Origin: Takakia lepidozioides
Lineage: Eukaryota; Plantae; Bryophyta
DNA: 64,000 bases
Direction of reading: 5' to 3'
Assembly: GCA_030704615.1 (NCBI GenBank)
Contig: CM060733.1
Span: 8,556,001-8,620,000, forward strand
The notes beneath the pieces were generated by a model. The model saw nothing but the letters and a program-made list of their open reading frames with translations, was not told the origin of the DNA and ran no database searches. The position numbers were made by a program, and so were the translations under genes. Position 1 is the stretch's first letter, and each line of letters opens with the position of its first letter. This document shows, one piece after another, positions 11,053-23,599 of the stretch.

Positions 11053-14000
11053 ATGGCGGGAGAGGTGGCCACAACCGAGAAGCAGGCAGAGCTGTTGAAG
11101 GACCAGGGCAACTCTTACTTCAAAAAGGACAAGTTAGCTGCTGCCATTGAAGCATACACTGAGGTTTCCTTCCACCTTCCAGCTTAATCTCAGCGATTTG
11201 CTTAAGTGTGACGAATGAGGTCTTCAAACTCTTCCCGTCTGATCCCAATCTACCAAGTTGCCCGAGACCGATTTCATATTTCAAATCTGCCCAATCTTTG
11301 TTCCCTTCCATCACAATAACTTAGGTTTTTGTTGAATCCTAATTCATAGCTTTTAGTTCATGAGATTCTAAAGGAGGTTTCCACTCAATGGTATTCCAAT
11401 TTGTTAGTTTAGGTCTAATTAAATGCACCATAATGCAAGTGCAGCGGGAAGAAACAATGTGCTTCCTATGAACAGAGGATGTCACATTTGATTCACTAGT
11501 TTCATAGTAATGCCGCGATGCTACTGGAAAGCCCAGCAAACCCACTGCAGCCTGAGTAAGAGGATTCTGGACATTTAAACTTTAGAGTCTTCTTCTGGAT
11601 TTTATACATACAGCTTTGGTACATTGCATGTGCGTTTTGTGGCAGGCAATAACACTGTGTCCGAACGTGCCTGTGTATTGGACCAATCGTGCACTTTGTC
11701 ATCGTAAGCGCAAGTGAGGGCTCATTCTCTATAATTACAACTCCCAGAACATGGCCAATAAGCTGCAGCAGTTAGTGAGGCTGACGTTGCAGCTCAGACC
11801 CGCAGAGTAGATGGTCTCCTGTTTACAAAACTGTCATAAGACATCAGCACATATTTCTAAGTGGCAATTGTCGTGCTTAGGCACATGGAGCCCGAGGGTA
11901 GGTATGAATCATGTGAACAACCAGGGAGGCCTTGTCAACCTAATATGGCTCCACTGGTTAGCATCTACTAGACTCTAAGAAGAGTGATGCTGGCAGCAGC
12001 CAGCATGACTCTTGTGCATTAAGATTGTCCCTATACATTTTGCAGCTAATTATGGTGTGATTAGGGCATTTTTGCTGTCTGTTTCTTCCCACAGTACCCA
12101 ACAGATCAAATGCGCTAATCCAGTGTACCTACCCACAGCTCGATGGATCACATAGCAGAGTCCAACCTTTGAATTTAACAGTGGCTACGGCGGTCTTTTG
12201 ACTGTCAGAAGCTTGGATGAATAGTGGTAAACAAGTTACTTCGTCAGTGCAGTGACTGGGAACGTGTTGAAGCTGACTGTAGGAGAGCATTGGAGCTGGA
12301 CAACTCCTCTGTCAAGGTTTTTTCGCTAGCATAATCCATCAACCAAGTGAGACTTCAGAGTTTACACAGTACGGCTTTACATGATTTCAGGGTCAATTAT
12401 CATAGGGTCGTGAATTGCTGTATTTATATAGGACTACAAATAGAGCGACTGAGGGTTCTTTATCACCCTCATCGAAGAAGATTGTTGGATGTCAGGATTT
12501 TGCATAAATCCAGGAAATTGGGAATAGCATCGTTCATTGTAGTACATGAAAGTGTCAGGGTCAGTCATCCATTGTACTGTATATCAAGGCCAAAGTGACT
12601 GATCTTGGAACCAAAGGCACATCAACGCATGAGTGCATATGTGTGTGTCTGAGGTGAGCTAGGATAGTGAATCAGATTACCCAGGTAAGTTGCTACAACA
12701 GCATCCCACCACCAGCATCCAACGCTCTTCTTCCAGCCCAGTGTTCAGGTGGGATTTGCCTTCTGCCAATCTATGTGCCCCTATAATCAAATACTTGGTT
12801 GTGCAGAGAATGCAAGGTTTCCATCAACTCTCAGGGTTTGGGAACACTGCAGGCACACTACATGTTGGGTTTGGCCCTATTGCAAAACAAAGAGTATGGT
12901 GAAGCTGTCAAGCAGCTTGAAAAGGTAGATTCTCCTTCACTTTCGCATGGAGTTTATTCAATTTCATGCATGTGGCATCTTCGTTTAACAAAAGTGGTGG
13001 CTGGAATTATACTTGGGTTGGGACGTGACATACGATTGGGATTTTTAGACAGCAGCAAGCAACTTACGTAGTATGTGTTATATGGAAGCAGGCATTGGAG
13101 CTTGGAAGGGGGTGTAAGCTGGGGAACTACATGGTGGAGGAGATATGGCAGGAGTTGGTCAAAGCCCACTACACTGAGTGGGAACAAGTGGCAACCGCCC
13201 GGCAGCGGCAACACTGCGAAGTGAGGTATGAGTAAAACTTTGCTGGAACATCTCAGCCCAATTCCAACTGCAGAGTTTCTTCTCCTGTCCGGGATGAGAT
13301 TCGGGTTTGCGAGAATCCGTGTCTGATTCTTCAGTCCACAATGCTATGTTTAATCAGAAGCTCTTCCTTAGTTATTTGTCTTCCAACATTTTGGTCTTTA
13401 TTTCCACGGTAAGCTCTATCCTTGATGTAGCCGAAGTTGGGTATCGAGTTTATTGAAATTTCTCATGTACTTGTCTGTGTCGGTATCATAGAAAGTTGTA
13501 TGCATCAAGAAGGCTAAACTAGCATCTCCAGTCTATATTGCCCAGCTCGTCATTTAGAGTTCTTCAGTAGATCATGTCAACAACTCTCTTCAGTAAGAGT
13601 ACACCAACTACATCATATTATAAGGCATGAAGCTGAAATTCTTTCACCTGAAGAACATTTCTTCTTTCACTGTCCTCTCTACTACAAGATCCTACTGCCA
13701 ATTCCGAGACAGCCAATTTCTTGAGAGGTGTTCCACTACAAGGATCAGAAATGCTTGGCAGCACATCTGTGTAAAGTGTTACATCTAAGAGCCCTTAATG
13801 AATAATTGGCTTTGGACTGCTTGTTGAGGGCCCTACTCTCTTTCTTGCATCCTGCTTTCTTGTCCCCTAAGCTCTTAGAGCTTTCAGCGGACATTATACA
13901 GTGTCTTTCTTTCTCTCTCTTTTCTTTCCATTTTGTCCCATAAGCTCTATGAGCTTTCCGCGGACGTTATAAAGCACCATTTCATTTCATTTCTCTCTCT

Positions 14001-15755
14001 CATATTTATGAATGCTTAATCTTTTCTCATGCATCCAGGGAGGTTAGTGAACGGCTTCTGAGGCAAGATTACGAGAAAAAGGTCAGGGAGGTTAAAAATA
14101 CAGCTTCGACATCCCAACAGGATGCCCCACTGGGTTCTGAAAGCATGAGTTACACAGATGTAGCAGCTGGCAGTCCCTTTAGCATCCCCTCAGAGCAGAG
14201 TCAAGCCCATGCATCAGCTGACGAGAGGCGAATAGCTGAACTCTCCGAGCTAAGTGAAATGCACCAAGAGCGACTTCACACCCTCTGCAAAGTTTTTGAC
14301 GAAGCCAACGCACCTGACAGGCCTGTTGAGGTGGGCTGCCTCTACGGACCTCCCTGATGCAGTCATCATTTTCACCGAGGAAGAAATGGTAATTATTGTT
14401 TTTCTAAGGGAATTATAAATGACATGACGGCATTATTTTCTAGACAAACCCCCAAATATCTTCGTATGGATGAATTGATGACACATCGAGTTCCAATCCT
14501 ATGCTCAAGAATGATAGACTTAAGAAGACCTTTGAGGTCAAGTTTAATTCAAAACAGGTCCCTATGGGTTCAGTTTGAGCTCTGTTTTTAAGGTACTTAA
14601 AAGTCAAGTTCCCTTGGGGGAAGCTGTTGTAGGTAACGACCTCTTGTCCACTGAGTCTGTTCAATAAATCTACTGATCATCTTCCAAGCACCACAATATA
14701 CTTCACAGACTTGCTGACGGAGGCTTCACAGGTACCTGATTACTTTTGCTGCAAAATTACTATGGACATTTTTCGGGACCCAGTGATCACCCCCAGTGGC
14801 ATCACATATGAGAGGGCTGCTCTCAATGAACATCTTTGCAAGGTCAGGCTAGTCTTCTTTCCATGGTCAGGAAGCGAATCACATGTCAGAGCAACTTTTA
14901 TTGTCTCCATCATGAACAGGGGAGGCATTTGTAGATTGTGTCCACAGCAAGAGAGACTCGTTGACCGTTTGATGTGAATGTTTACTATGATGTATACTTT
15001 TGAGCTCATGGTCATCACTGCCCCTTTGCTGGATTCTGACATCATGAGTTGTATTAATGAGGATGGAGAAGTCCACAGCCCCTTTAGCACCCCATCAGAA
15101 CGGAGTCAAGCCCAGGCATCAGCCAAACTTTTGCTATTAGTACAAGCAAAGAAAAATGCACCAAGTGATAGACCTTTTGGGGCTTTCCCGACCATGGTAG
15201 GAAACCCAGCACAAAGTTTCTTAAACGACCATGCTTGGTTCAAGACAAGATTAATTAGTGCTGGCTGACATTAACTTCATACTGAAAGGGTCACTAGTCT
15301 TCAAAACTCTGTTTGATTATGTTGGCCAAGTGTGGCCAAGGGAGCAGAGAAAGATGGGGAGAGGAGGGAAGGGAGGAGAGCATACTGGGAGGCTCTAGTC
15401 GTGGAAGGCTTTCTCCATAGTGGAAGCTATCTTTGACTGTCCAGATTCCTTCAGAAGGCACTTATCATAGCAACAATCACCGCACAATTCAGATGAGGGT
15501 CATAGATTTTGGCAATATTCTGACCCTCTCAAACTTGCAAGCTCAGTGTTGGGGCCACTTTCGTGAAGATAGTGACATTCTCAGCATGGATGTTCTAATT
15601 GAACAGGAAAAGGTGTTATTTGATTGCAGGTTGGTAACTTTGACCCATTAACACGTGCAAAGCTGTATCCAGAGCAAGCAGTACCAAATTTGGCTCTCAA
15701 GGAGGCTGTTCAGGCCTTTCTTTCAAAGCACGGCTGGGCATATAAAACATTCTGA
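11053..15755 (+). CDS. CHIP: CHIP TPR/U-box E3 ubiquitin ligase, 8 exons
   Basis: Exons 11053-11163 ([22 protein letters not shown]), 11646-11713 ([22 protein letters not shown]), 12253-12316, 12853-12924 ([11 protein letters not shown]), 13092-13225 ([10 protein letters not shown]), 14039-14330, 14732-14842 ([29 protein letters not shown]-box) and 15630-15755 (FDPLTR...[21 protein letters not shown]). Confidence 0.96.
13860..14000 (+). repeat. Short dispersed repeat (two tandem copies), probably a retroposon 3' tail
   Basis: TTGTCCCATAAGCTCTATGAGCTTTCCGCGGACGTTATAAAGCACCATTTCATT followed by (CT)n. A related copy lies at 32478-32545. Confidence 0.6.
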
Positions 15756-16272
15756 GTTATCCCCATTCACAAAGGACTTGCCAGCATCAATAAACTCATG
15801 GTCCATTTGCTCTCACTGGGCCCACCTGCTTCCGAGAACAAATGATTCTTTTACGACATTTGTTTCCAACAATTCACTGGGTGACAGGCTTCAATTTCTG
15901 CAGGCATTATCAGTGACATGTCAAAGCACCAACCGGACATCAGTGAATGGCAGTAATTGAACAGGTGAATGGTGAGGACCATTTCGCCACCCAAGTGGCA
16001 GAGGTAGATTGATAGCTTTGGGCACCTCTGACAGGTATCGAAGTTCGATAGGTGATCAAGATTGAAGGACAGAATGAATCTTTTCGACATTGTACCAAAA
16101 CCTCAGCCACGCTGGGAAATCCAGCAGGTTTCCTGGTGTACTCTTTGATTCATAGCATTTTAACCGTGGTCTGCAATGTCCAAATAGTCCCTATTGAGGA
16201 GGAAGCAGATGGCACAATTCAAAGCTGTTCAGTCAGTACCTCGATCATATTCTATGAGTAAATGTGATGGAG

Positions 16273-18246
16273 TCATACTTGGCCAGAGGAAAGGTGCGTA
16301 AGTGTTAAGGCCAAGACCTGGATGCCTTTTACGATATCATCCACAGATGCATGCTCATCAGGCCGATGGCTGTACCCTTTGTAACAGGGGATGAAAATCA
16401 TACCCATGGGTGCAACTCTGGCCATGAACAGGGAGTCGTGGTATGCCCTGCTGATCATGAGCTTATATGATAGCCCAAATTGCTTGGCGGCCTCCACAGC
16501 TGCGTCCACTATTTGGTCCCCACTGAGAGCAGGAGGGTCCTGATTCACCATCACAAAATCAGTCAACACCACATTGCGTCTCTTGGCAATCTCCAATGCT
16601 TCTCTGCGAATATCTTCGACCACTCCATCTCTCCTCTTCTCATCAATGTCTCTCACATCAATCTGCAAATTAGCTTCACGGGGTATACTATTGACAGCCC
16701 CAGGATGGAGCTCCAGCACACCCGTGGTGCCGACCGTGTCTATGGAGCCTGAGGCAAGCACGTGCTTTTCAACAGCCAAAGCCAGCTCTGCTGCTGCCAA
16801 ACCTGCATCATTCCTGTACAATCCACCAGATCTCCAGTCATAAAACATTTATGGATTCCATCTTTCTCAATTTTGCATTGGCTTTGCCTAAGAGATCTAG
16901 GTCAGTGACCCAAACAGGTATATAGAGACTTTCAAAGTGCACACCATGGTGACTACACAACTGTGAACATAGCATGCCTCAGGCCCGATACCCAAGTGTC
17001 ATATTGTTTGGAAGGAGATGAATGGTGATAGGCCAATGAAATCAAAGTGAAGTGTACAACGAACCTGTTTGGCATGAGGACAGCACCAGCATGGCCACCA
17101 TCACCCTTGAATCCCACTTTCAAACTAGCAGGCGCTGCAATGGCAGTCACAATGCCAACAGGAACCCCTGGAAACAACCACTGGAACATCTGAAATCAGG
17201 GTTTGAAATATTACGACAAGACAAGACAGTCATGGTACTCATCCACTTACCTATGGTTCAGAGAATGTGGGTGACATTCGTGATGTATTGATTGACTGGG
17301 AATAGATGAAATGCTTGCCTTCTATTTCAAGAAGAGGACCTTGCTCTATGTGTAACTCCACAAAAGCTGAGTATACCCCTTTTGCCAGCCCCACTAACTC
17401 CAGGTTCTCCTCTGCATTTGCATACCCAGCATTTTGAGCTGCTTCGGCAAATGAGACATTGTGAGCATCAACAGCCGTCTTCAGAATCTGAACAAAATTG
17501 GCAGTGTTGGTCATTGCTCGGCTGCCAAGACAACCAAACCCAAATCGAGTTGGCTCCTCAGATGTAAACATTATCACCTCCACCGATCTTCGAGGCTGGA
17601 ATCCTACCCTGCGAAGAGCCCTCACGGCTTCAATTGCTCCAAGGACTCCCACAACACCGTCATATTTTCCTGAATATGGAATTGCATCAGTGTGTGATCC
17701 CGATGCCACTGCTGCCATCCCCATTTCACTGCCCTCCCAGCGGCCAAAGATGTTTCCAATGGCATCCTCGCGAACTGCAAGCCCAGCATCCTCCATCAAA
17801 CCTCTGATATACCTGCCATACACAAAATTCTGCCACAGATTTTTGTCCCTCGCATGCTTCAATCGCACTGGACTTTGTGAAAGGAAGACCCAGGTGATAA
17901 TCGACAGAAACTACACTTACCAATCTCTGTTTCTATCTCTCTCCCCCCAACATACAAGAACCAATTGAATTTGACGAATGATTATTTAAGTTGCATACCT
18001 TCGAGCTGCCACATCATTCTCAGTATAAAGAACGCGGGTCACAGATGGGGCGGGCGTGTCCGAGAAAGAGGCGAGCTCATCGATCTGCCGCTGCACGCGC
18101 TGGCCATCCACCACCAGTGTATCCGACAGACTGCTGCTGCTACATGTGCCCCCAGAGTTCTCCATACCCGGGCAAAAGCTGGCTTCCTCGACAGCCAGCG
18201 TTCCACACAGGAGCACTAGCGCCACTCCAACTCGCCATAGCCACAT
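16273..18246 (-). CDS. UAH: Ureidoglycolate amidohydrolase (peptidase M20 family, purine catabolism), 4 exons
   Basis: Exons 18246-17999 (signal peptide; IDELASFSDTPAPSVTRVLYTENDVAARR), 17812-17319 (GSHTDAIPYSGKYDGVVGVLGAIEA, FTSEEPTRFG, FVELHIEQGP), 17167-17065 (GGHAGAVLMP) and 16813-16273 (SRAYHDSLFMAR, GYSHRPDE). Confidence 0.95.
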
Positions 18247-19599
18247 CTCTTCCAAAAACAAAACGAAGCACCCACAATTCCAGCACCCAGATGAAGATCA
18301 CCAAAACCCACACTGAAGAGCGCCCAAATTCAAAGACTCCAAAGGCCAATTTCAAATAGCTAAAACTAAGACCCCATAGCCACCCTGCTTTGGAATTCAA
18401 TACCAAGCCCTGCACCAAACCCAGCGGGACAGGAGAATCGCCCCAACTTTTCTCCCTTCAATTCACCCCATTCTTGCTTCATCTCACCTAAGGACAGAAT
18501 TGGTTCAGATGATCCTGAGCCGAGGCACTAGAAGGTCCGAAGTTCAATCCTCGTAGTCAGCAGGAAAGATGTTACAATATTTGATACCTAGGTCTGTCAT
18601 TTCACTGTCCTTACCCTCGAGTCATTTGCACATTGGTGGGTAGTTTTCACATTTGGCATTTTCTTCTTCATGTCCAGAGGAGGACCGAAGACACCACACA
18701 TGACCTGGGCGGCAAACAGACAACAGAGCAAAGCAGTCTTGTCACCCCATTCCTGGCTAGGTACGGTAGCCAGCATTAGGTACTTCTTCTTTTGTTTTCG
18801 ATCAGGGATTTCAAATGTGTTGGGAGTTGGAACTAAAAGAGAAATGATGGCCACATCTTGTAGAAGTCGGTGTGACAATTGGTAGGAAGCCAAATCCACT
18901 TCCTGTTTGTATGTGGAACAGATTCACAGGGACAAACTTTCCAGGTGTTAAACTTTTCAGGTGTTAAACTTTTCAGGTTGTTAAATGGGAGAAGACATTT
19001 GGAAGAATGTGTGGACACTGTAATGAGTTGACACTGTACGTAGGACAGTCCTGGTGTACCCGACGCCTATCCAAAGGCTCGTGTCTTCAGATTTAGAGTC
19101 AGACCCCCACTTGAAGGCTGACAGCATGAACTGTCCTTATTTTGAAATCCCTACTAAAGAAGCCATGCAGAAATTATCCATGACAGGAGGCCACTTTTGC
19201 TGTCAAACCATAATGTTCAAACGTTCAAACGTTATGGTTCAAACGTTCAAACCATAACGCTCTCTAAGATCAATGAAAGATGGGCAGGATGGAAGCAAAG
19301 CCAGTCCCAGGTATGTAACAGAAATCCAGCAGTAAATTTGTGAGCATTTGTATTTTGGGTGCGAAAATGCCCAAATCATGGTTTGAGGTTCTCGTTTCAC
19401 AAGAGTGCAGACTCCAGAGGGCACTGTCTCTGCTCCATGAGTTTCTAGACAGGAAAATTGTCTTGTCCTATTCCAGAACAGCATGAGAGAGAGAGAGAGA
19501 GTAGCATGTAGAGAGACCATCATCACATCCTTGAGAACAAAAGCACTCTACACTACACGTGTGAGAGACCGTGTCAGAGTTGCACGTTCATATTTGCTC

Positions 19600-21162
19600 T
19601 GGACCCCTGCACCCGTACTTCTCGTATATAGGTTCAAAATCGACGCCAAACATACCACACCCTTGCCCGCCTACCGTACACGCTGTTCAGGGCAGGCACT
19701 GAACCGCCTCTCTTTCACTGAATCCGTGCACCATATTCAGTCCATGTACTCGACCCTCAACCGAGTCGTGCCGACCAGTGTTGTACTGGTATGTGCCAGT
19801 CGGCCGAGGTATGTGCACTGGTATGAGTAAGGGTATTGTAGAACATACTAGTTGGGTATGTCTTGGGGCGTATACCCCGGCTGGACCCCGGGTTTTGAAC
19901 ACTGGACTTACCCCCCTACCTACCATACCAGTCTAAGTATGAACTATTTTCATACTCAGCTTGAGACCCGTATTGAGGATTGATGAACCCAAGCTAGCAT
20001 GGGTATGTGTAATGATACAATTTTTTGTGTTTATCCTCATTCATATTTGTGCAATATAAAAAATAGCACTGTATCTTTGGGTTCCCAGTCGCTGGCATCA
20101 CTGATTTGAGCGGCTGGCATCATCTATCCCAACCAATACATAATATAACCCTGTACCAAAAATATAAATTTATAAATAACAACATGGGTTTGTGGGTACA
20201 AATATAAAGACATGTAAAAATAACATGAAGTAAAACTTAAAAATACGATAATATATGATGTAATTGTCGAAGATACCATCCATTAAAAATATAACCATAC
20301 CATTGTACATTTATAACTACCCCCATATGTCATTTGAGTTTTTGTCATACCCATACCCATCCTATAACCTACCCTGGCCAATTCTAATCTACCCCGGGCC
20401 CTACCAGTTAGACCCAAGAGCCAAGTTGGACCTAACAGGACGAGTTGGGTATGTCAAATTGGACATACCAGTACAACACTGGGTCCGACCATGGACATGT
20501 CAGAGCGTGCCTCCCAGCCTCTTGCTTCCCTTCCAGCCGAAGACAAGAACTGCGATACAGGAATGACGAAGGCAAGCAATAGGTGAGGAACGTGATAAGG
20601 CGCATTGAGAACGTCACTGGGAACTCTAGGAAGGGAGAGAAGACTCCGGCCGAGGCTGGCGTAACTAAGAGCCACTTCGCCTTACGGCTACTGGAACTCT
20701 AGGAACATAGGGTACAGGGGCGTAACGAGGGGCAAGGGTGTGGCTATGAGCAGCCGACCCCTTCACACACCTTTCCAAAGTCCTAAACCAACCCCTCCAA
20801 AATAGGCATAGAGGGCCATTTCAGTGAGAAGGGTGGGGATGCTCTAAGTTCCCGCCTTGCTGGAGTTTCCAGCCATGTTCTCATATCACGTTCGGGACCC
20901 ACCTGTCTGCCTTCACTGTTGGATTGGAAGCTGGAGGCTGGGAGGTGCGCTCTGACATATCCTGACTTGGTTGAGGGACGAGTCCTTTAGGGCACTGAAT
21001 ATAGTACACGGATTCAGTGAAAAGAGAGGCGATTCAGTGTCCGCCCTTAATGGCGTATACGGTAGGGGGGCAAGGGTGTGGTTCGTTTGGAGGGAAATTT
21101 GACCATGTATACAAGAAGTACGGGTGTAGGGGTCAATAGAGGCGTAGAGTGGGGATGCTCTT
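19600..21162. mobile_element. Composite of PIF/Harbinger (Tourist-like) non-autonomous elements forming a long inverted repeat
   Basis: 19600-19770 plus 20490-20530 are the reverse complement of ~20925-21135. Tourist-type ends GTGGGGATGCTCT(T)A occur at ~20833-20846 and ~21149-21163. Confidence 0.7.
19776..20481. mobile_element. hAT-like MITE nested in the Tourist-like element
   Basis: Perfect 19-bp TIR CAGTGTTGTACTGGTATGT / ACATACCAGTACAACACTG. The 8-bp flanks GTGCCGAC and GGTCCGAC match at 6/8. The host inverted repeat resumes after it. Confidence 0.8.
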
Positions 21163-21509
21163 ACTTATTAGGTGGGCTTTGCAAACAGCCCCTTTAAGAA
21201 AAAGCAAAATTGGAACTCGAACCATCTTCAATAGCGCAATCTTACATTATGCCAAAACCTTGGAGGACTCTCTTGAAGGACTGATATGGCTACTTCATAA
21301 TATTTTCCTTAAAGTTGGATTTTTGTTGGCTCCTCATGTAAAGCTTATTTTCCTGTGCTAGGGATATTCCTCTCTCCTCTATAGGTTTAAGTTGTAAAAA
21401 AGGATGCGGCTTTGGAGAGCAAGCCTTGCTTGAAATTGGAATGTTGCTCCCTTGCTTGAAGTGGGGAATGTTGCTACAGAGCATGCCAATGTATTGACCA
21501 ATGAGCGTG

Positions 21510-22600
21510 TCACATCGGGTATCACCAATTTACATCCCCTCTCTCTAGTCTCTACCACATCCATACACACTGATTGTCACACCAAAACACTCTGCCAAGA
21601 ACCCAAGCCCCTCTGAATTCCGGTATTCGACCTTGGAATGGATTCGTTCAGCTATCACCAAGTTGAAGGATAAAGGAGATGTACCGTTGAGACATGTTGT
21701 TGGCCGTTTAAAGTTAGTTTATGGACTTGTTAACATAGTTTATGGATTTGTCTCTCCTTAACAGTAACCACATCGTTGGCGATGAGGTGTGATGGGGGTG
21801 CATGGCAATCGGTGGAGCCTGTCCGGGCAGGACATGTGGCTGTTTAGATTAGTCTGATTTACCTATATAATTGATGGGGGTGTAAAGCTCGCCCACGCCA
21901 CCATTAGCGAGCTCCAACGAGCTTGAATTCTAAAAACATCATCCCCGAGTCAATGCAACCAAGCCAAAATCCCTCCAATACAAGCCTAATATGTCACTCT
22001 AGGTATTGCATCCCGAGCATGAGAGGGATGAAAAAACCTATGAGGGAAAACCTTCCCCTGCAAGTTGGGTGAAGGACAAAACGCGCTGCAAGAAAAACCC
22101 CAATCATGTTACAATGTGATGCCTAGGCTAATCATAAACTCCCAGCCTACAACTTCATCTCTCCCTATGCCGAATACGGCTAACTAACAAGCAGCTCCGC
22201 CACAAGAGGCTCTGTCTTTGGTGATTTTGGGGTTGTTATTTTATACTTTTCTAGGGCTTCATAAATCATGCCCATCAACCCTCCATAGATTAGGCTTAAT
22301 AGATAAGCCTAGTTCTCTCCCTAAAGATGTCCCCACAATGCCTTTATCCCTTGCGGGTCCCATCAACCCTCTAAAGACTAGGCTCTCTCTCTCTCTAGGC
22401 TTAATGGATGAGCCTAGTTCTCCGTTCTATGCCTAGCTCCGCCTAGGCAAGAAGCCTCCACAATGCCTCTATCCATTGCGGGTCCCATCAACCCTCTAAA
22501 GACTAGGCTCTCTCTCTCTAGGCTTAATGGATCAGCTAGTTCTCCGCCTAGCTCCGCCTAGGCAAGGGGTCTCCACAATGCCTCTTTCCCTTATGGGACA
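21510..22600. mobile_element. LTR-retrotransposon debris: putative tRNA-Trp primer-binding site (-) and an LTR-like block with internal tandem duplications
   Basis: TCACATCGGGTATCACCA at ~21510-21527 resembles the plant tRNA-Trp 3' end. Block 21881-22600 has TG...CA ends and repeated GGGTCCCATCAACCCTCTAAAGACTAGGC. No TSD was found. Confidence 0.4.
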
Positions 22601-22849
22601 GAGCCAACAAACATAGTTGTAGAAAAATCCAAAGCCACACCAAGACAGTCCATGGAGTTTGTCAATAGAAAGCAGCTATCGAGACAACTACAAGCACTCG
22701 ATGTCACAAAGATAGCTTCACCTGCACTCTATTGACAAAAGGGGATTAGTAAATCTGCCTTCAACATTCAAACAAGTCAAGTCTTTAACTTGCAATGAAG
22801 CAAGCAATCCATATAAATTGTATGATCAATATCTGGGACTGAGGCAAGT

Positions 22850-23597
22850 TGAGCCAGCAATATGTACTGCCTTCCACGTAGTTTCTCTGCAATCAGGTAA
22901 GGGCCCTCAATCCTCTTGGCACCCTTGGACACAATCTTCACTTGTTGCATGTGCACACAAAGCGATTGATCTTGCAAGAACTCCTCCAAATAATGAACCA
23001 TGCGGTTATAGTCAGCATCAACCAGCTGAGAAGCATTAATGTGATGATTAGTCTGAGTTTCCAATCGCCTGCGGTTTGCTGCATGTTAGCAAGAAACAAG
23101 TCCCAATCCACTGGTTCAGAAACAAAAGTCACCAAAGGAGGGTGCGAGCCATTCGGCCACACAACAACTCAAAATGAGAGATTTTAGTGTTGGAATGCAC
23201 AGACATCCGATAGGCAAAGATAAATACAGATAGCTCGAAGTACCCCATCCGCATCCGCCAGGATGCCATTTTTTTCGAACATGGTACACATGCTTTTGTT
23301 GAATCTTTCAGTTAACCCATTGCATTGGGGATGATATGGTGCAGTAGTACGATGCTTCACCCCCTGAATGTTGAAACGTACAATCTGCATCAGCTTGTTA
23401 CATAAATATGTCCCTTGGTCTGTCAGGATTTTCGAAGGGCATCCATGTCGTAGTATGATCTCATTGAAAAAGAGTTGGGCTACTACATCTGCATCCTTAG
23501 CAACCAAGGGTTGAATCTCAACCCACTTTGTTAAGTAATCCGTGACTACATCAATGTAGGAATGGTCCTTAACAGTGGTTTGCAAAAGTCCACACAA
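22850..23597 (-). mobile_element. Ty3/gypsy integrase fragment
   Basis: VTDYLTKWVE...IILRHGCPSKILTDQG...TTAPYHPQCNGLTERFNK is the rve DDE core. A downstream GPY motif (RIEGPYLI) follows in another frame. Confidence 0.9.
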
Positions 23598-23599
23598 GA

